Of a DNA stretch of 64,000 nt, positions 30,138-41,810 are shown piece by piece. The notes beneath the pieces are model-generated. The model did not search any database, had not been told where the DNA came from, and worked only from the letters and a program-made list of their open reading frames with translations. Within the stretch, counting starts at the first letter, position 1, and the number at the start of each line of letters is the position of its first letter. The stretch is from the IMG/VR virus record IMGVR_UViG_3300033120_000804, positions 27,651-91,650 of that record; one strand, 5' to 3'. The position numbers were made by a program, and so were the translations under genes. This stretch comes from a virus (Duplodnaviria; Caudoviricetes).

Positions 30138-30823
30138 AATTATTATATTTATTTTCTAGGTTCCTAAAATTTGCATGTGAAGTCCATCCATTATAAGAAG
30201 CTCTTGATTTTTTATTATTATATTTTTTAATCATTTTAATATAATTTTTCTTAATTCTTTTTCTTATATTTGTAATATGGCAAAATATACAGAATATAAT
30301 TTAAAATACAGAGAAAAAGGCTTAAAGAACGATCCTTTTAGATTTCTATATTATAATACAAAAGGTAGTTCTAAAAGACACAATAGAGAATTTAAAATTT
30401 CTAAAGATTTTTTGTTAGAACTATATGCAAAACAAAAAGGTAAATGTTACTACACAAATAGAATTTTAAAAACTGAATTTGGTTTACAAGATTCTTTTTC
30501 TGTGGATAGAAAAGATCCTTCTATAGGATATTTACCAGAGAATACCGTATTATGTTGCTGGCAAGTAAATAGAATGAAAAGTAATGCTACTATTGAAGAA
30601 TTAATTCAATTTGCAAAAGATATATTATTAACCTTAAAATAGCTGACTATTAATGTGCTCTCAATAGGTTATTCACTTATAGAAATATTCCCTAACACCT
30701 CTTCTAATCCAGTAAAGATAGGCTATTAATACTCATTCTTCAAATTCACCTTTAAGAATTATCAGCTAAAATTAAATTATCTAAATCATATATTTGGCGG
30801 TATAAATTTCCTATTCTTTTCAA
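30121..30823 (-). pseudogene. Remnants of a DGR reverse transcriptase (N-terminus 30823-30752; C-terminus ~30280-30121)
   Basis: LKRIGNLYRQIYDLDNLILAD* and HITNIRKRIKKNY…SRASYNGWTSHANFRNL resemble the two ends of Bacteroidota-phage DGR RTs. The catalytic core is absent. Confidence 0.78.
30277..30642 (+). CDS. Free-standing HNH-like (His-Me finger) endonuclease, antisense to its neighbours
   Basis: QKGKCYYT…SVDRKDPSIGY..ENTVLCCWQVNRMK. Confidence 0.75.
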   Translation: MAKYTEYNLKYREKGLKNDPFRFLYYNTKGSSKRHNREFKISKDFLLELYAKQKGKCYYTNRILKTEFGLQDSFSVDRKDPSIGYLPENTVLCCWQVNRMKSNATIEELIQFAKDILLTLK

Positions 30824-30832
30824 TTATATATT

Positions 30833-32791
30833 TTAATGTTCCCATAAATCAGAAACTATTGCATCAGCTTTTAATATCACTCTTTTGCACCAAAAACTAC
30901 CTGCTAATTCCATTAGTTCTTGTAATTTATTTTTAGCTACTTCAGATAACATTTCATCAGATTCTAATACAATTTCATCATGAACAAGCAAAATAATTTT
31001 AATTTGATTAAACAAATAATTTTCTTGTAACCATTCATGAATTAATATTATTGCAAGTTTGGTTATAGACCCAGCTGTTCCCTGAATTACATAATTCTGA
31101 GCCGCCCTACCCATAGTACCTTCTAGCTTATTAGCTGTCTTATAGTCATTATGTAATTTAGCTTCTTGTAGTTTATTATAGTCTTTAAAATAAAATTTTC
31201 TTCTAGTGATTTCATCAATAAGTATATAACCTTGTTTAAGACTTTTATCTCTCTCTTTTGAAAAGAAATCTTTTAGACCAGGAAAAGCTTCAAAATAAGC
31301 ATTATATACTTCATCTCCTTCTTCTACTGATATGCCTAGATTAGCTGCTATAGTATATCCATTGCCTCCATAATCAATTGCAAATCCACTAGCTTTTACT
31401 TTTTGACGCAAATCCTTTCTTTTAGATTTAACATCTTTTAACTCTATATCAGCTAACTCTTTTTTATAGACTAATTTAGCAGTATAAGAATGAATATCTC
31501 CTAGATTTTTATCATAAAAAATAAGTAAATCTTTATCTAATGATTTATTTACTAGAATGATTTTTTCTTGTCCCGTGTAGTCAGCATTAATTAATTTTTT
31601 ACCTGGCAATGCATCAAAAGCATATCTAAACTCATGTTTACTCGGAATATTTTGGAGGTTGGGTCCACTAGAACTTATACGCCCTGTATTCAGAATTTGC
31701 CTGTAATTAGAATGTAATCTATTAGTAATTGGATTTAAATACTTAAAAAACTTAATACCAAAAGTAGTTATAGTTTGTTCAAATTCTTTAAACTTAATAT
31801 ATAAAGTTACAAATTCTTTCTTTTTAGAGTCTAATAAAGGGTCTAGAAGCAATATCCTAACCTCTTTGGCTTCTACTGTATAACTAAGCTTTTTAGTAGT
31901 CTTAGAAACAGCCTTAGGGCATATATCAAGATATTTAAAAAATTCTATTACTTGTTTAGATGAAGTCCATTGAATATTACATTTTAAATCATCACTAAAT
32001 AAATCTAATTGAGGATTTATAAATTTTGAATCTCTGTAATTTTCTATAATATAATCGTCTAATTCTTTTTTTAATTTTTGGAATTCAATTAGATTGTTAT
32101 CATAAGTTTTTATCCATTTATCTTTATTTAAATGAACCCCTGTATATTCAATTTCAGCTAATGCAGGTAGAAATCTCATTTCTAATCTGACTACTGGCTC
32201 TAAATCTTGTATTTTTAGTTTTTCTAATTGAAAATTCCTAATTAGTAATGGATGTAAAATATCTTCTGCACCATATTCTATTTGTCTTTGAGTGTAAGGT
32301 TTAGACTGTATATTCAAGAATTCTAATCTTGTACTCTTATCTACAGTTTTACCTAAATATCTTTTATTTAAAGCTTCTAAACTGTTCTCTAAATCATACC
32401 CACAATTTAGTATTTGCTCTACAATCATAGTATCATATAAGTTATTTATACGTATTCCATAATTATGTAACAAATGTTTGTATTCAAATTTTAAATTTTG
32501 TCCAACTTTAATTTTATTTGGATCTGTAAGTAATGGATACAATAAACTTATATCTATATTTCTTACATCAATAATATATTGATTAATCTCGTCTCCTATT
32601 TGTAACATAACAATCTTAGAAGTATAAGGATCTAATCCTTCTATATCTAGATATTTATTATATTTCCTAGTAGTTTCAATATCAATACTAATTACTTCTT
32701 TATATTTTAGATAATCAAAACACTCTTCAATAGAACAATGTTTTACTACATCTTGTAATAAAGAAGTTTGGTTTGTAATTAAATAAATCAT
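30833..32791 (-). CDS. polA: Family A DNA polymerase with 3'-5' exonuclease
   Basis: DIET exonuclease motif, TGRISSSGPNLQNIP, ADYTGQE (A), RQKVKASGFAIDYG (B), VHDEI (C). Confidence 0.96.
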   Translation of the reverse strand: MIYLITNQTSLLQDVVKHCSIEECFDYLKYKEVISIDIETTRKYNKYLDIEGLDPYTSKIVMLQIGDEINQYIIDVRNIDISLLYPLLTDPNKIKVGQNLKFEYKHLLHNYGIRINNLYDTMIVEQILNCGYDLENSLEALNKRYLGKTVDKSTRLEFLNIQSKPYTQRQIEYGAEDILHPLLIRNFQLEKLKIQDLEPVVRLEMRFLPALAEIEYTGVHLNKDKWIKTYDNNLIEFQKLKKELDDYIIENYRDSKFINPQLDLFSDDLKCNIQWTSSKQVIEFFKYLDICPKAVSKTTKKLSYTVEAKEVRILLLDPLLDSKKKEFVTLYIKFKEFEQTITTFGIKFFKYLNPITNRLHSNYRQILNTGRISSSGPNLQNIPSKHEFRYAFDALPGKKLINADYTGQEKIILVNKSLDKDLLIFYDKNLGDIHSYTAKLVYKKELADIELKDVKSKRKDLRQKVKASGFAIDYGGNGYTIAANLGISVEEGDEVYNAYFEAFPGLKDFFSKERDKSLKQGYILIDEITRRKFYFKDYNKLQEAKLHNDYKTANKLEGTMGRAAQNYVIQGTAGSITKLAIILIHEWLQENYLFNQIKIILLVHDEIVLESDEMLSEVAKNKLQELMELAGSFWCKRVILKADAIVSDLWEH

Positions 32792-33160
32792 AATATAAAA
32801 AAGGAAGACTTTTACATCTTCCTTATAATGTTAATAATATTTCTTACTATTATCTGTATAAATAATAGTAATTTTAGTTTCCTTTCTATTAAGGCTTACT
32901 TTTTTAACTTTCTTTGGTTGTTTCTGAACTTCTACATAATTAAATGATAATGTACATAAGCTTAGACTAAACACTAATAAAATTTTCATAATATTGAATT
33001 TAATTGAATTTATATTTTAATTTATTTTCTAAATTTTATTAAATAACAATAGGAAGCAGTATAGATACTTCCTATCACCTAACTTTACTAATTAACCAAT
33101 ACAAAATATGCAAACGTATATGAAATAATAATAATCTATACTTATTATTAAGATTTTTAT

Positions 33161-33367
33161 TTAATGTTTATCACTAAATAATCTAGATCTAACAGCAGCA
33201 TCTTTAGCTTCAAGAAGTTTTCTTAATGTTACTTCTTTTTCACTATTTTCTATGTGTGTGTTATTAATTTCTTCTGCCAATAAACAGAATGTTTTTGATG
33301 TTTCTTTTAAGTTTGGAGGTAAATGCTCATACTTAAAATAATCCATAATAGAATCTTCATTACTCAT
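33161..33367 (-). CDS. Conserved small phage protein
   Basis: YFKYEHLP…LRKLLEAKDAAVR motif common in phages. Confidence 0.7.
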   Translation of the reverse strand: MSNEDSIMDYFKYEHLPPNLKETSKTFCLLAEEINNTHIENSEKEVTLRKLLEAKDAAVRSRLFSDKH

Positions 33368-33857
33368 AATTAATTTTTTAAACTGTTCTATGAATTACTG
33401 CTGGCCCAGTCATAAACCAAGGTTCTCCACCGCCAGGAGCTGATATTGAATTACAATCTCTCCACTCCCAAAAACCTGTAGAAAGATTAATAGTTAAATC
33501 TCCAATTTTAAAAAACATTTCTCCTTTTCTATCAGCTTCCTGAAGATCCTTACAAGTTTCATAACCTTGTTCACCAGTAAGTTCAAGTCTGACTCCAGTG
33601 TCTTTGTTTTTTAATTGAAACCAATAATCTTTTCTTTTCTTAAGATCTTCTCCAATTTTCCAGTTTTCAATATCAGATTCATTAATACTAATGATTCCTC
33701 CTTCATCAGGAATTTTCATCCCTTGATCTACTAATGAGATACAATACAGACCAAATAGTACCATATCTTTTTTGTTAAATGTTGTTACCATCTTCTTTAT
33801 TTTTCATGGATTAACAAACTTGCTTACTCTAATCAAGGATTTTCAGCTTTCTCCTTG

Positions 33858-33929
33858 TGGTCCCTCAGAGAATCGAACTCTGGATCTAAAATTTATGAGA
33901 TTTTTGCTTTACCCCTAAGCTAAGAGACC
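33858..33929 (-). tRNA. tRNA with CAT anticodon (Ile2-like or Met); CCA not encoded
   Basis: Acceptor stem GGTCTCT/AGGGACC+A, anticodon arm AAAAT-CTCATAA-ATTTT, T arm CAGAG-TTCGATT-CTCTG. Confidence 0.9.
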
Positions 33930-33938
33930 TGCCTTTAA

Positions 33939-34376
33939 TTACAAAGATTCTACTTCTTTATAAAGTTTATTATTAACAGTAATTAACCCTCCTTTATAAT
34001 AAGTAATTGAATTACTTACAGTATGTTTAGATTCTTTTACTGCAAAAGACATTTCTTCTTTAACTTGTTTAAGTTTCTTAGTTTTATAAGGCCCCCTTCT
34101 AGCTTTAGGATTTCTAGACTCAAGTTTAGTAGCACTTTTCTTTTGTAATTTCTCAAACTCAATTGCTGTAACTCCTCTATATTTTGAATTAGATCCAGTC
34201 CCACTTAAAACAACTAAATAACCTTGTTTTACTAGCTCTCTTGTATAAGCACCAATAGAATGGTACGTTCTCTTGAAAATATCTGCTAATTCTTGATTAG
34301 ATTTTCCTTCAATTTTTAGTTTGATAAATTTGGCTCTATCTGGTAGAGTCCAATGTGTAAAATGATTATCTGCCAT
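33939..34376 (-). CDS. HTH DNA-binding protein
   Basis: GKSNQELADIFKRT..SI pattern. Confidence 0.55.
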   Translation of the reverse strand: MADNHFTHWTLPDRAKFIKLKIEGKSNQELADIFKRTYHSIGAYTRELVKQGYLVVLSGTGSNSKYRGVTAIEFEKLQKKSATKLESRNPKARRGPYKTKKLKQVKEEMSFAVKESKHTVSNSITYYKGGLITVNNKLYKEVESL

Positions 34377-34377
34377 T

Positions 34378-34626
34378 TTATGTTGTTTTAATTAAACTTC
34401 TAAGTTCTTCTGCTTTTTCTAAATACCATTGAGACTTTTTTATATCTAATCCCATTGGTTGACCTGGTTTAGATCCTAATCTCATTTTGTATTTAAAAGC
34501 TGTTATTTCACAATGAGTAATTACTGCTTCTATTCCCCAGATCTTAATCATCATATCAATAGTTTCCATTTGAAATTGTTTATAATGATCTGGGTTTACA
34601 AAATCATAATGTACGTTCTCTGACAT
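34378..34626 (-). CDS. DUF3310-like (T7 gp1.7-like nucleotide kinase) protein
   Basis: VNPDHY…ETID…AFKY..R.G.K…DIKKSQWYL. Confidence 0.75.
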   Translation of the reverse strand: MSENVHYDFVNPDHYKQFQMETIDMMIKIWGIEAVITHCEITAFKYKMRLGSKPGQPMGLDIKKSQWYLEKAEELRSLIKTT

Positions 34627-36702
34627 AATTTACTTTATTAATATATTTCCAAATTTCAAAATTCAGAAAAGGTTTACTACCTAAATTATTACTGGATTTT
34701 TTCAAAGCTTTTAATTTAACTTTGTCTTCTTCTGATTTTTGAAATTCAGATCTATTTAATACTAAAGCAGGTTTAATAAGATTATTTTTTTCTAAAACTT
34801 CTTGTTTTGTTATAGTATCAGATACTAGATCATTAATACTACTATTTTTATTTAAAGGTTTATTTTTAAACTGTTGTTTTATCTTCATTAATTGTAGATT
34901 TCTATGTTATTAGTTTTAAACTTTACTTTGTTATTACTTAGATAAAGATACTCTCCATTTAATTTAAATAAAAATAGACTATTACTTTTACCTGAATTAA
35001 AATCATCGTAGTAAAAATTTATAGTGAAACCTGCTCCATTTATATTATAAGATTTATCTTTTTTATTTATTTTAATTGTACAATTCTTAATTGTATCCTT
35101 TTCAAAGATTATAGTTGAATTACTATATTCTAAATACTCTTGACTAAATGTAATATTACTAATTAAAGTAAACATTACTAATATTAAATTTTTCATAATT
35201 AATTGATTAAGTTATCTACTATATATGCGCATAATATACCAAATAGTATTGATATTAAACATCTAAATTCAAAAGAATAATTGATTAACAAAGTCATTAA
35301 AATAGGATGTAAAATTAAAACTACAATTATGAACACCAATAAAAATATAGTTAATTTAGTCATCCTGATAAATAATTAGACAGTTAAGTTCTTCAGCATT
35401 TTGAATTTTCCAAAAATTCTCTTTAGATAAATATTTTTCAAGAATATCATCACATACAAATACTTCATACATTTTTGATTCTTGCTTTTTATTACTACTA
35501 TAGGCAGTAAAAATTAGAAAGTTTTTCTTAGTTCTTTTAACTGAAAATCCTGTCTCATATTCTACTATTTTAATTTTTTTAATAGTGTTAAGAAATCTTT
35601 TACTATTAAATCTAAGACTTTTCTCTTTTAAATTAGTTAAATTAATAAAATAGAGTTTACCTACTTTATAAAATCTAAATTTGTTTTTAGAAAAAAATCT
35701 TAGATTTAAACATTGAATTAATACCACTCCTAGTATTATAATAATTGCTATTATCATTTTTTATTTGTTAAGCTTAGTTAGTAATTTTTAGTAAGTTTGG
35801 TAATTAGCATTTTTTTTAATTGGTTTATTTTCATATTTTATCCAAAAAGAATTTTCAAAATAGTTAGCATCCCATTTTATTTTTCTAGAAGGCTCTAAAA
35901 ATAATTCATTGCCATTATAAGTCATTTGGGAATTATAATAATTTTCATTCATTATAAAATGAACATTATTATTGAATTCTACTTTAATATAAAATCTGCC
36001 ATTACAATCTTTAATCTCTTGTCTTATGTAATTTAATACTACAGATGAGCTATAATAAGGAATCTCATCTTCTATAAATATCTCTGAGTAAACTAAATCA
36101 GATAAATTAATTATAGTGTCAGGAATTTGTTTATTATATCTATAAATTGATAATGCTCCTTGAGTTTTTGCACTAAAAATAAAATTTACTTTAACTTCAT
36201 CTTGAATGGTTTTTTCAAGTTTTTCTAAAAGAATTTCTCTAGAATCTACTTTTTTATTACAAGAGTAAGCTATTACTCCTAATAAAATAATCATAATTGT
36301 TTTCATAATTTCTATTTTAAAGGTTGTCTAAATCCAGAATACTATCTATTTTTTCTGGCTTACATTTATATACTTTGTCAGTTCTTAAACTTTTTATTTT
36401 TACAGTATTTTGATTAATTAATTGTAATTCGTATTCTGGTTTAATAATATTTTTAGCAGGAGAAAAAACTCCAATTATTACAGTAGCTATTAAACAACCT
36501 ATGCAAGCTAATAGCCATATTGTAATATCAAAAAATCCTTCAAATGCACTAAGCATTTGATAAATAATAGTACCTGTACATATTACAAGTATAATAATTC
36601 CTAATGTTACCATATTTTTTATTTTAAATTGTTTTTATATATTAAACCCAGATAAACAAACCTATATTATTTACCTGGGTCAGTGTTCAACCATAAAAAG
36701 TC

Positions 36703-37062
36703 TTAAACTTCAGCATTGATTTCTGCTAATTTAGCTTCTAGAGTTGCTAATAATTCTTGTTTAGATTCTAGTTCTTCAACACTTGTTGTAACTCTATTTT
36801 CAGCAGAAATAATACCTCTAACATAAGTATCTCTATCATCAATAGATTTTCCGTGATTTAGAAGTGCTTTAGCTGCATTTTCTTTAGCATCTACAACAGA
36901 TTGCTCCAAATCAATTAATTCACCTTTAATAGCGTGAATATGAGTGTTTAAAGCAGCATCTGCTTGTCTTAATGTTTTTTCAGCTTGTGCTGTTGCATCA
37001 TCTCCTGTTACATAAGCAACAAATCCTTTAACAAAACTTTTCATTTTTTTTGACATTTTCAT
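36703..37062 (-). CDS. Coiled-coil protein
   Basis: Ala/Glu-rich heptad pattern. Confidence 0.55.
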   Translation of the reverse strand: MKMSKKMKSFVKGFVAYVTGDDATAQAEKTLRQADAALNTHIHAIKGELIDLEQSVVDAKENAAKALLNHGKSIDDRDTYVRGIISAENRVTTSVEELESKQELLATLEAKLAEINAEV

Positions 37063-38378
37063 TTTAAATTTATATTGTTTGTACTTACTACTGTTCCAAG
37101 TAGTTTCTTTTTTCCTCTTACTAATTCTAGTTTAGGATATTTTTCTTCTTTAATTGGTTCTAATATAGGATCAGCTAAATGATTAAATTTATCTAACCGT
37201 GATGAATCTCTGTTACCTACTCCGCTAGTCATATATGGATCCCATACTTTTACTTCAGGTTCAGCCCAGTAACCAGTAGTTAATCTACTCATATGTTCTC
37301 TAAATGTAATAGTAGAATTATTCCTTTCTACATTTCCTGAAGTCCCAGTTACTACTATATTTACATAAGAATCTCCTGGTTTCCATTTATTGCTAGGATT
37401 TAATAAATCAAAAGAAAACTTTTCAGCTTCTTCTTTAGTAGCAAACCATTTTACTATTCCTTTTTCTTCTTTTTTTGATTTTGAGCAATAGTATATTTCC
37501 TTTTTAATCGTAATAGTACCTGGTTTTTCTATTTTACCTATGACTCCTTTATTAAACTCCCCCCCTCCTATAGCATCTTCTTTTAAACTAACTAAATAAG
37601 TACCTACAGACCAAGGTTCTACTTTTAAATCCCAAGTTAATGGTTCACTTTCTCCTACTAGTATTTTTTCTTCCGTTAACTCTCTCCAATGGGGAATACA
37701 TTCATCTAAAGTAATAATTTTAAAATTACTAGTACGTCCTAAACAAAGGTTATATTTTTCTCCTATAGAAAATGTTCTATAGATTAATTCTTTAACAAAA
37801 TCATCACCAGAATTCCATTTAATACCTATGCTTAATACATATTCTTGAAATATTCTAACTTGCTCTTCATTTTCTAAAGTAATAGTAGTTCCCTTAAAAT
37901 CATTTTTTTCCCAAATAAATATGTTTTTAACAGATTTTTCATATAATTCAAGATCTTTAATATAGAATGTACTATTTCTAGAAACTTTATCAACACCTAC
38001 TGTTGCTTTATCATGAAAAATCTCAACTATATATAAAAAATCTTGATTTCCTTTTCTAGCTTTATAAACAGCTGTACAATTTTCTATTTTTAAGTTATTA
38101 ACTGTAACTGGTACAGTAGGGATTTTAACTTTATCTCCAACTTTAAAATTATAAACTGATTTAGTTCTATGATCTAAATGTGGGCATATTTTCAAGGCTT
38201 CTTCAAAATTAGATCTGTTCACTTTTTCCCAAAACCACCCTCCTTGTGTAGTTGCATACCAATCAAAACCAGCCATTATACTAAGATTTGAATGATATTT
38301 TTTTCCAATGTTTTTTAAACGTACTAAAGCGGCTTCATATATTAAAGGCCAATCATTTTTTAAATCTTCTATTAACAT
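37059..38378 (-). CDS. Mosaic hypothetical protein (439 aa)
   Basis: ORF track; several small SH3-like (F/W.VG) modules. Confidence 0.55.
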   Translation of the reverse strand: MLIEDLKNDWPLIYEAALVRLKNIGKKYHSNLSIMAGFDWYATTQGGWFWEKVNRSNFEEALKICPHLDHRTKSVYNFKVGDKVKIPTVPVTVNNLKIENCTAVYKARKGNQDFLYIVEIFHDKATVGVDKVSRNSTFYIKDLELYEKSVKNIFIWEKNDFKGTTITLENEEQVRIFQEYVLSIGIKWNSGDDFVKELIYRTFSIGEKYNLCLGRTSNFKIITLDECIPHWRELTEEKILVGESEPLTWDLKVEPWSVGTYLVSLKEDAIGGGEFNKGVIGKIEKPGTITIKKEIYYCSKSKKEEKGIVKWFATKEEAEKFSFDLLNPSNKWKPGDSYVNIVVTGTSGNVERNNSTITFREHMSRLTTGYWAEPEVKVWDPYMTSGVGNRDSSRLDKFNHLADPILEPIKEEKYPKLELVRGKKKLLGTVVSTNNINLK

Positions 38379-38384
38379 ATTTAT

Positions 38385-39338
38385 TTAGTTATTAATTTCA
38401 TTTAAAACAATTGGATCTGATGCCTCATCACCCCATGCTGTTAGAATAAGATAACCACCTTTCACTGGTTGTAATACAACTGGATCAGGGATATCTTTAT
38501 AGACTCTTTTCATCTTGTAACCATCTTCTACAGACATGTTAGTCATATCCATATCTTTTACTGGAGTACAAATCTGTAAAGACTTTTGATTTCTTTTAAT
38601 TGCTTTTTTGATATCAGATTCATCAATATTATTTTCTCTGTATTGAAACAATATTCCCCATCCTGGAATATTACTAAGAGGTGAAGTTACAGAAGAACCA
38701 AAAAAACAATAGTTAGATTTTTCCACATAGTTTATCCAAAAATCTAAATCACTTTGTACGTAAGTATATCCTGATTGTGGTAAATCTTTAACATTTAGTA
38801 AAGACCAATCTTGCATAATAATGTAGAATTCTCCTATTTCAGGATTAGTGTCATCTTCTTTTTTTAATTTAAAGTTTTCAACTTCTTTTAAATTTTTATC
38901 TGGGACAAAACCTTTAAATCTACCTACATCCCCACAAATTAAATTGTACTTAAAACAAATTTCTTTAACTTGTTCTTCGGTAATAAATTTGTTTAAAGGA
39001 TAAGCAAACTGATAATATTTTAATAACTGTAATTGTCCTTCAGATAGTTCTGCTGCTTTTATAATAGGTTTAGCTTCAGTTACTTCCTCAGCTTGTTTAA
39101 AACCTAATGATTCAAGTCTTTTAATTTTATTAATATCCTTTTGTTTGGCTTTATCTATAATTTCATTAGCTTGTTTAACCAAATTATCAGCAGCGGTAAA
39201 AAATTCATGATGAATTTCTAATACTTCTTTTGGATAACTTGAAATTATATTTTCTTTAATCTTTACTTTTTGTTCTGCTATTTGAACATCTGATATTTCT
39301 GGTATTACTTCCTTTTTCTTTCTTGTAAATAGTCTCAT
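38385..39338 (-). CDS. Conserved hypothetical phage protein
   Basis: C-terminal PDPVVLQPVKGGYLILTAWGDEASDP motif. Confidence 0.6.
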   Translation of the reverse strand: MRLFTRKKKEVIPEISDVQIAEQKVKIKENIISSYPKEVLEIHHEFFTAADNLVKQANEIIDKAKQKDINKIKRLESLGFKQAEEVTEAKPIIKAAELSEGQLQLLKYYQFAYPLNKFITEEQVKEICFKYNLICGDVGRFKGFVPDKNLKEVENFKLKKEDDTNPEIGEFYIIMQDWSLLNVKDLPQSGYTYVQSDLDFWINYVEKSNYCFFGSSVTSPLSNIPGWGILFQYRENNIDESDIKKAIKRNQKSLQICTPVKDMDMTNMSVEDGYKMKRVYKDIPDPVVLQPVKGGYLILTAWGDEASDPIVLNEINN

Positions 39339-40528
39339 ATTATTTATTTTAAGTTATTATTTTTTTAAAAACAATGAACATTTATTAGGATCAAAATTTG
39401 GATTAGGTATCCAAGAGCTAAGTGCTATAAATTTACCTTTATAAAAATTTCCAAGTTTATAACATACTACATTGTAAAAATTTTGATTGTTTATTCCTAA
39501 CACAGGACAAGGATGTAATTCACCATCATAAATATGTAATGCTTTAGAAAAGTGAGGTTCAAATATAGAATATCTTTTATCATTTCTATATTTGTAGGCT
39601 TCTTCAAAAGAAATAAACCAGGGATCTGATATTAGATCGTTATCTATTCTTAATTTTAAATACTTTAATAAGTAATTAAGTTTTTTATTAGTTTGCTCTA
39701 TATTCATTTTTATTTATTATAAGTTAAATACATAGCCTGTTGTCTAATGCCATACATTCTAGTTAAGACATTTGGTTCATACATAACAAAACCAAGACAA
39801 TAGTTTGCCATTTGTTTAGCATCAAATTTTCTACTTCTTCCTTGAATCATACCATCTTCATCAGCTAAACTAAATATAATTTCTGCTAATTCTTTTAATG
39901 ATTCAGATTCATTTACTTTTTGATATATTTCTAATTCTGTCATGATTATTTTAATTTATATACATTTTGTTGAATTAGTTCATATTGAGGACATATGGTT
40001 TCTTGTTTATTATATTCATTATCTATTTGAAACCCACTCGATAGGCATAGGAAAACTACTAGACTTCCAAAAAAGAATATAAAAGTAAATATCTTTAGTA
40101 TTTCACTATCTTTTTGACTAGCATTATCAAGCATTATATATAATGCAATTAGTTGAACTACTAATAAACATATAAATATTATTGTTTGTATTGTATTCAT
40201 ATTTAATTTTTTAAATAACAGACTATAACTGTTCCTAAACTTAGGAGTTTGAATTTCACTTGTGGAATCACTACATGTGTTTTCCAGCAATAACTGTAAT
40301 AAGGGAATAATAAAAATGGATGTTAGACATTAATATTACTCCAAAAAATAGTAGAGCCCCTAAAATATCTTATAGTAAGATACTATTACTCATTACAGAC
40401 CCATGCTGTCCTCTAACATCTTGGAAAGTTATTTAAGGTTTTACCAACCCACTGGTATCGGATTAGAGCTTACTACTAGTTTTATGACATTATTATCTAG
40501 TACTCTATTTGAGATCTTTATATTTAAC

Positions 40529-40999
40529 TTATGCTTCTTTTAAAAATGCCTTCATTTCAGCTAAAAGCATTTCTTTTTGATTTTCTTTGGTTAAGAATTG
40601 TGAGAATTTCTCTTTGTAACCAGTCAATTTATCCAAAGTTTCTTTATGATTAATAACTGCAATTCTTAGCATAATATCTGCTTTCCAATCATCTACATCT
40701 GAATCAGATTCTTTAAATACTGGAAAACTATCTAAACCCATTTCTTCAGCAGCAGCTTCATAAGCTTTTGATTTATTAGAAACAAAAGAAAATGCTTTGA
40801 TTAAGTTTCCCACATTAGTTTCTTCATGGATATTATTAAATCCATTTAATTTACCATGTGTTTTATACTTAGATTCTGTAATATGCTCTAAAGACTTAAT
40901 TTTAGCTTCTAATGCTCCAATAATACTTGGGACATCTGTACTACTTGATAATGATAATTCTGCTTTTACGGTTGTTTTTGTTTTTGTTTTTGTTGTCAT
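40529..40999 (-). CDS. Hypothetical helical protein
   Basis: ORF track. Confidence 0.6.
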   Translation of the reverse strand: MTTKTKTKTTVKAELSLSSSTDVPSIIGALEAKIKSLEHITESKYKTHGKLNGFNNIHEETNVGNLIKAFSFVSNKSKAYEAAAEEMGLDSFPVFKESDSDVDDWKADIMLRIAVINHKETLDKLTGYKEKFSQFLTKENQKEMLLAEMKAFLKEA

Positions 41000-41033
41000 T
41001 TTTATATTTGTTTTATTTATTATTTACTTTTTG

Positions 41034-41276
41034 TTAATATATTTCATAATTTGGTTCAGGATTATATAATTCTAAAGCTTGAATATATATACCATTCTCA
41101 GCTCCCCAAGCTATTTTTTTACCAATATTAGATTCAGAAATATCAGTAATCTTAAATTTAAGATTTTCTTTATAACCAGACCCACCAGCATCTTAGTCTC
41201 TTCCTCCGTCATCTTTTTTTGTAAATCCAGGTTTAGTAATTACTATATCTCCTATTTTGAATTGATTTTTATTCAT
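41034..41276 (-). pseudogene. EPNYEIY-tailed small gene with an in-frame TAA (41193-41195)
   Basis: MNKNQFKIGDIV…GGRD*DAGGSGY…ALELYNPEPNYEIY; the frame is intact on both sides of the stop. Confidence 0.7.
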
Positions 41277-41287
41277 ATAATTATTTG

Positions 41288-41554
41288 TTAATATACTTCG
41301 TAAGTAGGTTCTATTATAGAATTATTAAATAAATGTTTAAATTTCTTTGGAAAATCATCTATAGTAGCTTCTCTAATTACATTAGAGCAAGAATAAATTG
41401 ATAATGCTATATGTAATTTTTCACTTTTTGAATCTATAAAACTACTACAATAGGTGGTACGGTATCTGAATATTTCAAATTTTATTAATTGACATCTTGC
41501 ATTAACATACCACTTCCCTTTAATTAATTCAGTAGACTTCATAACTTGGTTCAT
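41288..41554 (-). CDS. Small protein ending EPTYEVY
   Basis: ORF track; shared C-terminal tag. Confidence 0.7.
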   Translation of the reverse strand: MNQVMKSTELIKGKWYVNARCQLIKFEIFRYRTTYCSSFIDSKSEKLHIALSIYSCSNVIREATIDDFPKKFKHLFNNSIIEPTYEVY

Positions 41555-41810
41555 TTAAAAATTTATAATTTTTAGGAAGTGAAACAACTTCAGCCCAAAT
41601 CTCATCTACATAAATGTAACCATATCCTACATCAAGAGAATCCCTTCCCTGTCCTAATCTACTTCTTGTAGAAATCCAATTTGGTTTATTAATTGCTGTT
41701 TCTATATATCCTCCTTTAACTCCAGAAGAATTTAAAGGATAATATTTAGTACCAATAGGATATTTTCTAGCTGCTTCTTCAGCTATTTTATCATAATTAA
41801 TATATTTCAT
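41529..41810 (-). CDS. Small protein ending EPSYEVY
   Basis: ORF track; A..KYPIGT…WAEVVSLP. Confidence 0.7.
   Translation of the reverse strand: MKYINYDKIAEEAARKYPIGTKYYPLNSSGVKGGYIETAINKPNWISTRSRLGQGRDSLDVGYGYIYVDEIWAEVVSLPKNYKFLNEPSYEVY

Noticed and set aside
41193-41195. Programmed readthrough of the TAA in the EPNYEIY gene
   Set aside because: Single instance, and TAA is the main stop codon here. A point mutation or sequencing error is more likely.
41079-41291. Plus-strand 70 aa ORF
   Set aside because: It is the shadow of the minus-strand EPNYEIY-tailed gene at 41034-41276.
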